DNA of 64,000 nt from Nitrosopumilus sp. (GCA_965204345.1 OZ241981.1:1248001-1312000), one strand, 5' to 3'. Counted from the first letter of the stretch, positions 1 to 9,146 are shown. The notes: a model not told the origin generated them from the letters alone. Made by a program: numbers and translations.

Positions 1-152
1 TTAATAATTCCATACAGAATCTTAAACAAATAATCTTGGAGCAACTTAATGTAATTATAGAACTGACTAACACCCTAAAAAACACATTATTTGAAAAGCC
101 ATTTTCCAATATAGAACACTTGTAGAATTTTTCTAAATATACAAAGTAAGAT

Positions 153-344
153 TTACTTCTTAATTGATTCTAAAGAGTGACCGCGATTTGTAATCATTTG
201 AGTAACTGCCTCCATTGTATAATCAATCCCATGTTCTTCTTCAAAATGATTTCTCAACTTCTCAATTAGTTCTATGGATTTTTCTTCATCTAAAATATAA
301 TCACATTCAAAACCATAATCTTCACACCTGAGTTTTAATGTCAT
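153..344 (-). CDS. small metal-binding protein, DUF1059-like
   Basis: LRCEDYGFEC...HFEEEH pattern typical of DUF1059. Confidence 0.75.
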   Translation of the reverse strand: MTLKLRCEDYGFECDYILDEEKSIELIEKLRNHFEEEHGIDYTMEAVTQMITNRGHSLESIKK

Positions 345-474
345 TTAGTCTGAGAAAATACTGAACCTATAAAAATCATAGACATGTCTTTGTGAATCAA
401 AACCAAATTAGGCGTAAACCGCGCCAATTTCGTCTCAAATAGCACTAATAATGTCAGTTCATTCGTTACTATAG

Positions 475-858
475 ATGAAAGGCATGGAATTTATTTTTCT
501 AGCAATGGGTTCTGTACTTGGAGCGTTTCTTAGATACAAAATTACTGAATCGCCCCTACTTTTTAATACATTACCTGTCAACGTTTTGATTGTTAATGTT
601 CTTGGAGCTTTCATTCTTGGAGCTTTCATAATCGTATCCCAACACTGGCATATTGATGGAAGGTATTCTCTTTTTGCAGCTGTTGGATTCTGTGGATCAC
701 TTACAACAATGTCATCATTTGCACTTGATTCAAGTAATCTTTTTGAAAATAATCAATATGGAATGCTTGCAATTAACATACTAGCTAATGTTGGCTTGTC
801 AATTATGGCACTCATTGGTGGAAAATCATTAATGAGTGCAATTATCAACAGTAATTAG
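475..858 (+). CDS. crcB: fluoride channel Fluc/CrcB
   Basis: GAFLRY, NVLGAFILG and GFCGSLTTMSSF motifs; 4 TM segments. Confidence 0.93.
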   Translation: MKGMEFIFLAMGSVLGAFLRYKITESPLLFNTLPVNVLIVNVLGAFILGAFIIVSQHWHIDGRYSLFAAVGFCGSLTTMSSFALDSSNLFENNQYGMLAINILANVGLSIMALIGGKSLMSAIINSN

Positions 859-860
859 AA

Positions 861-1091
861 ATGGTTTATTCATATCAAGTTGTAAAGTTTCAGACAATTT
901 CTTTTGTTCAAGGCACTCATTGGTCCCAATCTGTGGGCGATAAAGGCATTTTATACAAATCACTAAAAGATCCATTCTCAAAACTTATTGTTCAATCCAC
1001 AAACGGTTCAAAAAAATTGTACCGTGTGCCAAAAGACAGGACAGTTATTGTGACTAGTGATATAATACATTTTCTAGGCGAATTAGCATAA
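861..1091 (+). CDS. hypothetical protein
   Basis: ATG 2 nt after the crcB stop; plausible composition. Confidence 0.65.
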   Translation: MVYSYQVVKFQTISFVQGTHWSQSVGDKGILYKSLKDPFSKLIVQSTNGSKKLYRVPKDRTVIVTSDIIHFLGELA

Positions 1092-1364
1092 TTATTTAAA
1101 AAACTGATCTACCTGATCCCGATATTTTAAAGCAATTTTTCCAAATTCTGTAAAATCATCTGGTGTAGGATACTTCATTCTCATTGCAAATTGATTGACA
1201 AATATGGATAATGCACTTCCAATAATCAAATTATAGACGCCGTCAGCCACATTATTTGAGTATGGAAATGCGACTCTGATAAATGGCAAATAAGTCTCAG
1301 TCTGAGAAATCATTAATTTGATATGCTTTTCAACAAATTCTTCTACGTCAGATGGAATTGCCAT
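1092..1364 (-). CDS. hypothetical protein
   Basis: non-overlapping 90 aa ORF with upstream TATA-like sequence. Confidence 0.7.
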   Translation of the reverse strand: MAIPSDVEEFVEKHIKLMISQTETYLPFIRVAFPYSNNVADGVYNLIIGSALSIFVNQFAMRMKYPTPDDFTEFGKIALKYRDQVDQFFK

Positions 1365-1517
1365 AATTATACTAGTATTGATTTCTTATAAGTAAAACCT
1401 TGGTCACTACGCATGCTTTATAGTATAATTTCTGTCATGCATATTTGTTTATCATTTCTGCCTTCCAAATTCTCCCAAATGAAATTAAATTTATAGCACT
1501 GCCTTGGTTTTTTATTA

Positions 1518-1826
1518 TTGCTTGAGCTAGACAAAAAAGTGTTCGGGAAAATCACAACTAAAGAAATTATTGGCGCTTATCCGCCAGCAATTCCTGACAG
1601 TAAAGATAATTTTGAAAAAGAACTTGCAATCTTGCTTGGAGAACTATCATCACAAACAAAAGAAAACATGGAAAAATTATTAGAGCAACAAAAAATTTCT
1701 GAATTACATATCAACAATAGACCAGGTGCCATGGCTTTGGCCCAAAATAAAATTCAGCTATTTAATGAATACAATAAAAAATATGTTCAAGCAATTAAAG
1801 AAGAACTCCAATCACCGTCCTGCTAA
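1518..1826 (+). CDS. hypothetical helical protein
   Basis: 102 aa ORF, TTG start, TTTATA about 25 nt upstream. Confidence 0.65.
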   Translation: MLELDKKVFGKITTKEIIGAYPPAIPDSKDNFEKELAILLGELSSQTKENMEKLLEQQKISELHINNRPGAMALAQNKIQLFNEYNKKYVQAIKEELQSPSC

Positions 1827-1868
1827 TTTGGATGACTAGTCATTTTACGTCTATTTCAGACATATTTT

Positions 1869-3347
1869 TTATTCATCTTGAGAATCATCCAGTTTTTTTC
1901 TGACAAATCCGCCTTCAATACTTTCACCTTTAGAATCACTGGATAACTTTTCTGTTGCTTCAATTGAATCTCCCTTAGAATCATCATCTGGCTTGACAAA
2001 TCCGCCTTCTGTTGATTCTGGGGGTGGTATCTTTTTTGATCTCCCTAATCCGATTGTTGTGATAATTACTGAGGACAAAATAATAAAAAATATGATTTGT
2101 GGGTATGCTTCGGCATTTGGCAACCCCAGAGTTATTGGATATGTTGCAAGTACTGCAGCAGCCAATCCTCTTGGTATCATAGAATTTGTAACCGCTCTAT
2201 CCAAGCGTGAAAATCTTTTTGTCAACGTTATTTTTCCGACTAGTATTCTTCCAAAATAGACAGCAACTGTTATTAGAATTCCAAATATCAGATATTCTAT
2301 TTGACCAAAGCTTGCCATCAGTCCTACAAATACAAAGAAAAATGACCGCACCAGGAACGTTAACTGATTATGCGTAGGATCATCGGTCTCAATTCGTGGC
2401 AATTTGAATCTGAGAATTTTTGAAAGGTGATTTTTATTCCCAATCATCAAGCCAAACACTAATGCGGTTAGTGCACCAGATTCTCCAAATGAATTTGCTA
2501 AGAAGAATAAAACAAACAAGATACCTAATGTAAGCATGTATGCGTGCTGAGCATTGCCTAACTTTGTCGAGACATACATCCAAGGTACCCCGACTCCAAA
2601 TCCAAGAACTAGACCGACTATTACTGCCCTGCCAATAGTTTCTTGTAATGTTTGAATATCAAAATGTCCTGCCAATACCGCTTCAAATAATATGAATGCA
2701 ACAATAGTTGCCAAAATATCAGTTAGTGCTGATTCAAAACTAAGCATGGATTTGGTTTCTTCTGAAATTTTGATATTCCTGACTAGTCCAAAAACAATAG
2801 CCGAACTACTTCCCCCTACGATGGATCCCAGCAAAATACTTTCCAGCCATAACCATCCTAATGCAAAATGAGCTGCAAGAGTAATCATTATGACTGATAA
2901 AATAAAACCAAGAGTAGCAAGTGTTACTGAAAAATGAGCCGTTTTTACAACGTGTTTGATATCTAAATTTAATCCGCCATCAAACATGATGATTATCAAT
3001 GCAAGTGCAGCAAAATATGGAACAACCTGAATTACTGCTTCAGGTTGAATGATTCCAAATACTGGTCCTATTATTACACCAAGAATCATCAAAAAAGCTA
3101 CATCTGGAATCCCAGTTTTTTTGAAGAAAGCTTCCCCTGCCACTCCCAGAAAAATTACTACACCTGCAGCAAGTAATATTACATGAGCTGACGCAATTGG
3201 GCCATCCTGAATTGCCAATGCTCCGATGGAATTTTGCAATTCGGCAATTTTGTTAAAAATTATATCCATATTAAAATTTGATAGTGAAACCGTGTCTTCA
3301 GTTTGTCCTCTAAATAAATTCAAAATTGACAAAATTATGGGATTCAT
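1869..3347 (-). CDS. cation:proton antiporter (CPA1/NhaP type)
   Basis: IIMFDGG and FESALTD motifs, about 13 TM segments. Confidence 0.9.
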   Translation of the reverse strand: MNPIILSILNLFRGQTEDTVSLSNFNMDIIFNKIAELQNSIGALAIQDGPIASAHVILLAAGVVIFLGVAGEAFFKKTGIPDVAFLMILGVIIGPVFGIIQPEAVIQVVPYFAALALIIIMFDGGLNLDIKHVVKTAHFSVTLATLGFILSVIMITLAAHFALGWLWLESILLGSIVGGSSSAIVFGLVRNIKISEETKSMLSFESALTDILATIVAFILFEAVLAGHFDIQTLQETIGRAVIVGLVLGFGVGVPWMYVSTKLGNAQHAYMLTLGILFVLFFLANSFGESGALTALVFGLMIGNKNHLSKILRFKLPRIETDDPTHNQLTFLVRSFFFVFVGLMASFGQIEYLIFGILITVAVYFGRILVGKITLTKRFSRLDRAVTNSMIPRGLAAAVLATYPITLGLPNAEAYPQIIFFIILSSVIITTIGLGRSKKIPPPESTEGGFVKPDDDSKGDSIEATEKLSSDSKGESIEGGFVRKKLDDSQDE

Positions 3348-3456
3348 TAATGAATGAATGTATATGTATCTGGATAAAAGTTAAACTAGACTTGGCTAAT
3401 AATTTCAGGCTCTCTCTATAACTGATTTTTAAATAACATACTAAAAATCAGAACAT

Positions 3457-3999
3457 ATGAGTGCAACAAACCAATTACGTGCTGATCATGATCAGGTTCG
3501 CCGTTTGGAAAAAATAGTTGGAAAATGTGCTGATGAATTATACAAAGGGACCAAAATACCGTTTTCGGATTTAACAAAAATCACAATCGTTATTTCAGAA
3601 TTTGTCGATACCATTCATCATTCAAGAGAAGAAGACTCGTATTTTCCATGTGTTGCAAGCTATGATTCACTAAAAGAAGAAATTCGAAAATTTATGATTG
3701 AACATGAATTTGGAAGAAATATTGCCAGACAAATATCACACCATCTAAAAAGATGGAAAGCCGGTGAAAATGCACGGGAACCAGTATCCAGATATTTGCG
3801 AACATACGGAATTTTTCTAAATGATCATCTTAACAAAGAAAATAAATTCTTTGATGAGGCAGAAGCCGAGGTACTGTCCAAAGAAGAAGAAACTGAAATG
3901 TATGAGCAATATAGATCAGTGTTTGCTATTGTAAAAAAAGTAGAAGAATTGATTGAGGATATTGATTATTTAGAAAACCAACCCTGGGCTAAAAATTAA
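3457..3999 (+). CDS. hemerythrin/HHE cation-binding domain protein
   Basis: DH, HHSREE, EH and HLNKEN ligand pattern. Confidence 0.88.
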   Translation: MSATNQLRADHDQVRRLEKIVGKCADELYKGTKIPFSDLTKITIVISEFVDTIHHSREEDSYFPCVASYDSLKEEIRKFMIEHEFGRNIARQISHHLKRWKAGENAREPVSRYLRTYGIFLNDHLNKENKFFDEAEAEVLSKEEETEMYEQYRSVFAIVKKVEELIEDIDYLENQPWAKN

Positions 4000-4011
4000 C
4001 GTAAGCTCTTT

Positions 4012-4551
4012 ATGGGTTATTCAGATGTTTCATTTATGAAACCTTTTATTCTTTGGATGACTGGACTTCCCTGTTCAGGAAAGACAACCATCGTAAAAGA
4101 TTTGCAAAAAGATATTCCAAATTTGGCAATGCTTGATGGTGATGAACTAAGAGAATGGTTCTCACCAAAAGATTTTTCAAAAGCAGGGCGTGATGAACAC
4201 AACAAAAAAGTTGCTCATTTAGCCAAGCTTTTGTTAAAACACGGTGTTCCAAGTGCCGTATCTCTAGTATCTCCATACATAGAGAATAGAGAAAATGCCA
4301 GGGAGATTATTGATGCAGGTGATCAGTTTGTAGAATGTTATGTAAAATGTTCTTTAGAAAAATGTGAGGAAAGAGATGTCAAAGGCATGTATGCCAAGGC
4401 TCGAAAGGGAGAAATCAAGGGATTTACGGGAATTGACGATCCTTATGAAGCTCCAGAAAAGGCAGACCTCATTATTGACACAGAAAACGAACCGCTCTCA
4501 GATTCTGCAAACAAAGTAAAGGACTTCCTTAAAGGAAGAAACCTACTCTAA
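4012..4551 (+). CDS. cysC: adenylyl-sulfate kinase
   Basis: TGLPCSGKTT, LDGD, RDVKGMY, FTGIDDPYE; true start may be the second Met (4036). Confidence 0.95.
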   Translation: MGYSDVSFMKPFILWMTGLPCSGKTTIVKDLQKDIPNLAMLDGDELREWFSPKDFSKAGRDEHNKKVAHLAKLLLKHGVPSAVSLVSPYIENRENAREIIDAGDQFVECYVKCSLEKCEERDVKGMYAKARKGEIKGFTGIDDPYEAPEKADLIIDTENEPLSDSANKVKDFLKGRNLL

Positions 4552-5358
4552 TTTTTTAAATTCTTCAACTATTTTATCATGAACCAATCCGTTGGTTGCT
4601 AGAATTCCATTTTGATGATACACATCTTTGTTGTTGTATGTGATATCATTTCCTAGCATATCAGTCATTCTACCACCAGCTTCCACAATGATACAATATG
4701 AAGCGGCCGAATCCCACTCTTTCATTTTATTTGTAGTTGTAATGTATGCTTCAGCCTCGCCAGAACTAATTTTTCCAACTTTTAATGAGCTTCCAATACT
4801 TGTGAAATCATCAATGCCTAATTTTTTAATAAATAACTTTTCTGCATCTGACAGATGGTGTCTTGATCCAACAGTTCTACATTTGCTGACTTCTGAAACC
4901 TGAGTCACAGCTATTCTCTTCCATTCTCCATTTGAATATCTAAATGCACCCTTATTTTTTTGTGCAACAAACAGTGTCTTTTCGGTAGGCCAATTAATCA
5001 CTCCAAGAATTGGTTTTTTATCTTCAATTAAGGCAATCATCACGGTAAACTCACCGGTTTTATCAATAAAGTCAGAAGTTCCGTCAAGAGGGTCTACAAT
5101 CCAAACCTTATCCTTTGATAATCGATCCGAATCATCCTTATCCTCCTCAGATAAAATCACATGTTCTGTTTGTGAGAGAATTTTCTTAATAATTTCATTG
5201 CTCTTTAAATCTGCATCAGTAATTGGCGAATTGTCATTTTTTGTAGCTGCCTGATAATCTCCATTATAAACCTCCAAAATTGCATCTCCTGCTTTTATTG
5301 CAGCTTGAACTGCCATGTCTAATTCGGGTATTTTATTAGAAATGGGAATAATCTCCAA
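4543..5358 (-). CDS. cysQ: 3'(2'),5'-bisphosphate nucleotidase
   Basis: SPITDAD, SEE, VDPLDGT, GSSLK and EWD motifs. Confidence 0.92.
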   Translation of the reverse strand: MEIIPISNKIPELDMAVQAAIKAGDAILEVYNGDYQAATKNDNSPITDADLKSNEIIKKILSQTEHVILSEEDKDDSDRLSKDKVWIVDPLDGTSDFIDKTGEFTVMIALIEDKKPILGVINWPTEKTLFVAQKNKGAFRYSNGEWKRIAVTQVSEVSKCRTVGSRHHLSDAEKLFIKKLGIDDFTSIGSSLKVGKISSGEAEAYITTTNKMKEWDSAASYCIIVEAGGRMTDMLGNDITYNNKDVYHQNGILATNGLVHDKIVEEFKKLE

Positions 5359-5367
5359 TTAAATCCC

Positions 5368-5574
5368 CTAAGTTGTAAGTTCTGGTTTTAGTGTCCAGAC
5401 TATTCCTAGCATGATAAATGGAATTGACATAATTCCTATAATGCCAAGTATGGTGTTAAATTGGGATGTCGATACCTCCGGGTTGTTTATTATCCATGGT
5501 AGAGGTAATGAAATAATTATCCAAATAATTCCCAAAAGTATAATCAGTTTTGCCTTTGCTTTTCTATCTTTCAT
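5368..5574 (-). CDS. small 2-TM membrane protein
   Basis: two hydrophobic segments; operon spacing with cysQ. Confidence 0.7.
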   Translation of the reverse strand: MKDRKAKAKLIILLGIIWIIISLPLPWIINNPEVSTSQFNTILGIIGIMSIPFIMLGIVWTLKPELTT

Positions 5575-5614
5575 TGGATTCTATCTCCTATAGCTGTATT
5601 AAATTCATGTGAAT

Positions 5615-6370
5615 TCATTTTACTGATTCTCCTCCGTCTACAGTGAGAATTGCACCAGTAATCCACGATGCATCATTTGAGGCAAAGTACAGAACTGCCT
5701 TTCCAATTTCTTCAGGCTGGCCTATTCTGCCCATTGGATGTTCACTATTCATAAAATCTTTGTCTTTCTCAGTTTTTAAAAACGGCTTTGTCATATCCGT
5801 ATCAACTACCCCCGGACAAATACAATTCACTCTAATCTTATTTTTAGAATATTCAAGCGCCCAGCATTTTGTTAGTAAAATTAATGCGGCCTTTGATGCA
5901 GAGTATGCATCTACATTGAATCCTTGGTATGCCTTTATGCCTGCATCTGATGAAATATTGATTATTGAACCAGACGTCTTTTGCAAATATGGAATTGCTT
6001 CCTTTGTAAATCTAAACTGTCCTGTAAGGTTTACATCCAATACTTCATTCCATTCATCTTCACTAATCTCATGCAGTTGCTTTATTTCTGGAAATATTCC
6101 TGCATTATTTACAAGAATATCAAGCTTGCCAAATTTTTCAATTATTTTACCTACCACATTTTTTACATCGCTTGTTTTTTTAATATCTGCTGAAATTCCA
6201 ATACCATTTGGAATTTCTGTTACTACCTTTTTTAGTCTCTGATTATTTTTTGCAGTTATGATTACTATTGCTCCATTTTCTGATAAAATTTTTGCAGTAG
6301 CTAGTCCAATACCACGACTACCACCAGTAACTAGAGCAACCTTGTCTGATAATTTCAATAATATTTGCAT
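5615..6370 (-). CDS. short-chain dehydrogenase/reductase (FabG-like)
   Basis: TGGSRGIG, NNAG, YSASK. Confidence 0.93.
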   Translation of the reverse strand: MQILLKLSDKVALVTGGSRGIGLATAKILSENGAIVIITAKNNQRLKKVVTEIPNGIGISADIKKTSDVKNVVGKIIEKFGKLDILVNNAGIFPEIKQLHEISEDEWNEVLDVNLTGQFRFTKEAIPYLQKTSGSIINISSDAGIKAYQGFNVDAYSASKAALILLTKCWALEYSKNKIRVNCICPGVVDTDMTKPFLKTEKDKDFMNSEHPMGRIGQPEEIGKAVLYFASNDASWITGAILTVDGGESVK

Positions 6371-6492
6371 GTGAATTTAGTAATTTATAGATCCATCAAT
6401 TATACATAGACATCAAAAATTACATAAAATATAATATTTTTTTATAAATTTTTGCACTAAATGTTAAATAGCTAAAGTTACTACAGTAATTA

Positions 6493-6624
6493 ATGTCGAA
6501 AGATATAATTGCTATCGACTAGTCTTGCGTAGCCCCGCAGAACGAAAAAGGTGATCAGACATTAAATGTCTACAAGGAGAGGAAATCTCTCAAAGTTCTG
6601 TAACAAAGGGGTTTACGCCTTTTT
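6493..6624 (+). ncRNA. candidate structured small RNA (family not recognised)
   Basis: TTAAATA at 6463-6469; nested helices 6527-6536/6608-6618, 6537-6543/6595-6601, 6557-6562/6566-6571, 6577-6581/6587-6591; T-run at 6620-6624. Confidence 0.55.
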
Positions 6625-7093
6625 AATTTTCTAAAATATCTACTGACACTGAACCCAGCAGATTTTCATTTGGGTCTATGCTAATTGCAACTTGTTGAGA
6701 TTCTAAAATTTCAAATTTTTTGACTCCGGCATATTCCCATGTATAATATTCTGAGATTTCTGTTTTGTGTAATGTATTTGTTAGCTTAAAATCTTCAGCG
6801 AAATTTATACTGGTACCAACCAAGTTAATCGTTAAAATTTCTGGACTGCTTCCATTTGGAACAAATCTAAAAACATATTCTCCTTTTTGAATAGTGAATG
6901 TGTCTCCATACGTTCCATCAACGTAAAGTTTAGGATTTGCAAGCGTTACATGAAATATAGCGTAATTTTCCTTTTCACTAGTCTTATCTGATGAAAAATT
7001 TACCAAGCCAACTGCTATGATAATTATTATTGGAATAATTATTATTGGAATAATTATTATTTTTTTATTCATTAAAATACACATAGAATTCAA
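6623..7093 (-). CDS. membrane-anchored hypothetical protein
   Basis: N-terminal hydrophobic anchor followed by a beta-rich domain. Confidence 0.75.
   Translation of the reverse strand: MNSMCILMNKKIIIIPIIIIPIIIIIAVGLVNFSSDKTSEKENYAIFHVTLANPKLYVDGTYGDTFTIQKGEYVFRFVPNGSSPEILTINLVGTSINFAEDFKLTNTLHKTEISEYYTWEYAGVKKFEILESQQVAISIDPNENLLGSVSVDILEN
7021..7061. repeat. 15-bp tandem repeat (TAATTATTATTGGAA x2.7) in the anchor-coding region
   Basis: exact copies at 7021-7035 and 7036-7050, partial copy 7051-7061; encodes IIIIP repeats in frame. Confidence 0.85.
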
Positions 7094-7157
7094 CTATAAA
7101 AATAAATTCTATATTCTGTCAATACGCTTAAGTTTATGATCAATTAGAAAATCACAA

Positions 7158-7442
7158 ATGAGTTTTATCTGTAAAAGATGCAGAAATACTTTCCAAGCAG
7201 AAACGGAAACAAAATCAGTCTGTGAAAACTGTAAAACTCAGTTAAATTTACTAAAAGAAGAACTATCAGTAAACAACGAGAGAATCAGAAAACTTGAGGA
7301 ACATAAAAAATCTGAACTACAAGATCCTAAAAACCCCAAAACTCATTTAGAGACCATGAAGCGAATTGAGCATAACCTGCAAATTGAATATAAAAAGCGA
7401 AACGGACTCACAAATCTAATAAATTCCAAAGACGAATTCTAG
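7158..7442 (+). CDS. zinc-ribbon / coiled-coil hypothetical protein
   Basis: CKRC...CENC followed by a helical segment. Confidence 0.7.
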   Translation: MSFICKRCRNTFQAETETKSVCENCKTQLNLLKEELSVNNERIRKLEEHKKSELQDPKNPKTHLETMKRIEHNLQIEYKKRNGLTNLINSKDEF

Positions 7443-7605
7443 ATTCAATTCAATACTCATTTCATTATTTTCAAAATTTGCTTTTTTTTAAACAATGAAG
7501 ATTGCTTAAAAGGAATTTTAAATGCTAACTTTAGTTAGTAATTTTTTATGTCCTGTAAACCATTCTTTACACAGGAGATTAAGTAGATACTCTAAAATCA
7601 AACTC

Positions 7606-8250
7606 ATGCCTAGTTTATCCAACAAATGGTCCCAGCAACCACGGGCAGGAATTACTGAAAAAATTAATGATACAATCAAGCCTAAAGGGGCTTTAAAACC
7701 ACGAGTACAGGAGGGCATTAAAAAATTACAAGTACAAATTAAAAAATTAGATACAATGTTGACAAGTTTGCAGGAACGTGATGCAAAACTGTTCCAAAGA
7801 ATCGTGGATGCAACCCAAAAACATGATACTCAAACTACCAAAGTTCTTGGAAATGAACTAGCAGAAGTACGAAAAGTTACAAAAATTTTGAGTAGTGCCA
7901 GAATAGCATTGGAACAGATTGAATTAAGATTAACCACATGCAGTGATCTTGGAGATACAGTAGTAGCAATTATGCCTACAATGGGATTGATGAAGAATAT
8001 CAAGTCATCACTTGGTAAAATTATGCCAGGTGCCGAACAAGAAATCGGTCAAATGGCAGAAATGTTAGGCGGTTTTATGACAGAAAGTTTCTCAGGCGAT
8101 GCAGCATTTGGCATGGATGAGACAACCAGTGCAGAATCCGAAAGCATCTTAAAGGAAGCAGCAGCAGTTGCAGAAAGTTCTGCAGGCCAAATGTTCCCCT
8201 CAGTTCCAACTGATACACAAGAAGAAGCTTCTACAACCAAATTCTTGTAA
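7606..8250 (+). CDS. ESCRT-III / Snf7 family protein (CdvB paralogue)
   Basis: NELAEVRKV, LEQIELRL and DLGD Snf7 core; start moved to ATG 7606 by alignment with the paralogue at 32798-33451 and TATA at ~7579. Confidence 0.9.
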   Translation: MPSLSNKWSQQPRAGITEKINDTIKPKGALKPRVQEGIKKLQVQIKKLDTMLTSLQERDAKLFQRIVDATQKHDTQTTKVLGNELAEVRKVTKILSSARIALEQIELRLTTCSDLGDTVVAIMPTMGLMKNIKSSLGKIMPGAEQEIGQMAEMLGGFMTESFSGDAAFGMDETTSAESESILKEAAAVAESSAGQMFPSVPTDTQEEASTTKFL

Positions 8251-8252
8251 TT

Positions 8253-8732
8253 TTAAAAATTTTCTTCAATTACAGAGTCTCTAGATTCCTTAATTTTTCT
8301 GACTCTGCTACCTTCATCGTCAATCACTCTGTCAACACCGGATAATTTTTCTCTTAAAGTATTGATGATCGAACCGACTTCGTCTGCCTCACTTTCTACC
8401 TGTTTTCTCTTACTTGCAAGCTCCTCAATTCCCCTGTTTTCTTCATCTATGTATTCGCTTACTTTTTGAAGTTTTTCTTTGAGATTTTTGATATCGACTG
8501 ATTCTTCTTCTATGTCTTTTTCAAGCATCGTTCTCTTTTCTTTGAGATTTTTAATCATTAAACCAACATAATCTATGGCCTCTTCCAGTTTTGCCCGTTT
8601 TCCCATTAATTCCCCTATTCCGATTTGGCTAGATGATTCTGTGGCTGAGACGGATTCTACAGATTCCTCAACATCTGGACTTCTTTCCTCCATCATCTCT
8701 CCTTCCTCTTCATTTTTGAATTTATCAAACAT
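8253..8732 (-). CDS. acidic coiled-coil protein
   Basis: E/K-rich heptad pattern. Confidence 0.75.
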   Translation of the reverse strand: MFDKFKNEEEGEMMEERSPDVEESVESVSATESSSQIGIGELMGKRAKLEEAIDYVGLMIKNLKEKRTMLEKDIEEESVDIKNLKEKLQKVSEYIDEENRGIEELASKRKQVESEADEVGSIINTLREKLSGVDRVIDDEGSRVRKIKESRDSVIEENF

Positions 8733-9146
8733 TTTATGATTTACTTTGCAAAATGGGAATAAAAAGTTACATTACATCTCAAAGCTGACCTTGTGAATGA
8801 TTTTTAGTCAATTAAAGAAAAAAGTGATTATCTTACAGGTATTGAATTTCTGAATTCTTGGCTGAATCTACGTCTGTGACAGCCTGATATTTTGTGTCAT
8901 TTCCAGACTTTTGATCATGGAATTCATAAATGAGATCGCAGACACATTTTTTGATATGTTTCTATAGTTTTTCAGAAAAAATGCGACTTGTAGATGAGAT
9001 TCTCATCAGAAATATCTTTCACCTATTGAATCTTCCATGGATTTTCTCCTACTTTTGATACTTTTACATCAAATAGAACAATTCTTGAATGATATGCATT
9101 GTGATTGACAAAGCACAAGCAAATATTCCTGCTGAAATGAGATTAG

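Noticed and set aside
410-420. 11-nt match AGGCGTAAACC with the reverse complement of 6610-6620
   Set aside because: Single short match; could be chance, and no further complementarity is visible.
400-474. Fluoride riboswitch upstream of crcB (hairpin AATTAGGCG...CGCCAATT)
   Set aside because: Lacks the GGxGAUGG...GxUGAUGAC consensus. A TATA-like element about 25 nt before the ATG implies a leaderless transcript with no room for a riboswitch.
1366-1428. 10-bp inverted repeat AATTATACTA/TAGTATAATT in a divergent promoter gap
   Set aside because: Almost entirely A/T in an AT-rich background, so expected by chance.
6576-6618. RNase P-like words GAGGAAA and AACAAAGGGGTTTA
   Set aside because: They are about 15 nt apart rather than a few hundred, and no other RNase P elements are present. 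Glycine riboswitch and hammerhead cores also do not fit.
7522-7605. N-terminal extension of the CdvB-like ORF in the track
   Set aside because: Paralogue alignment and TATA position support ATG 7606.
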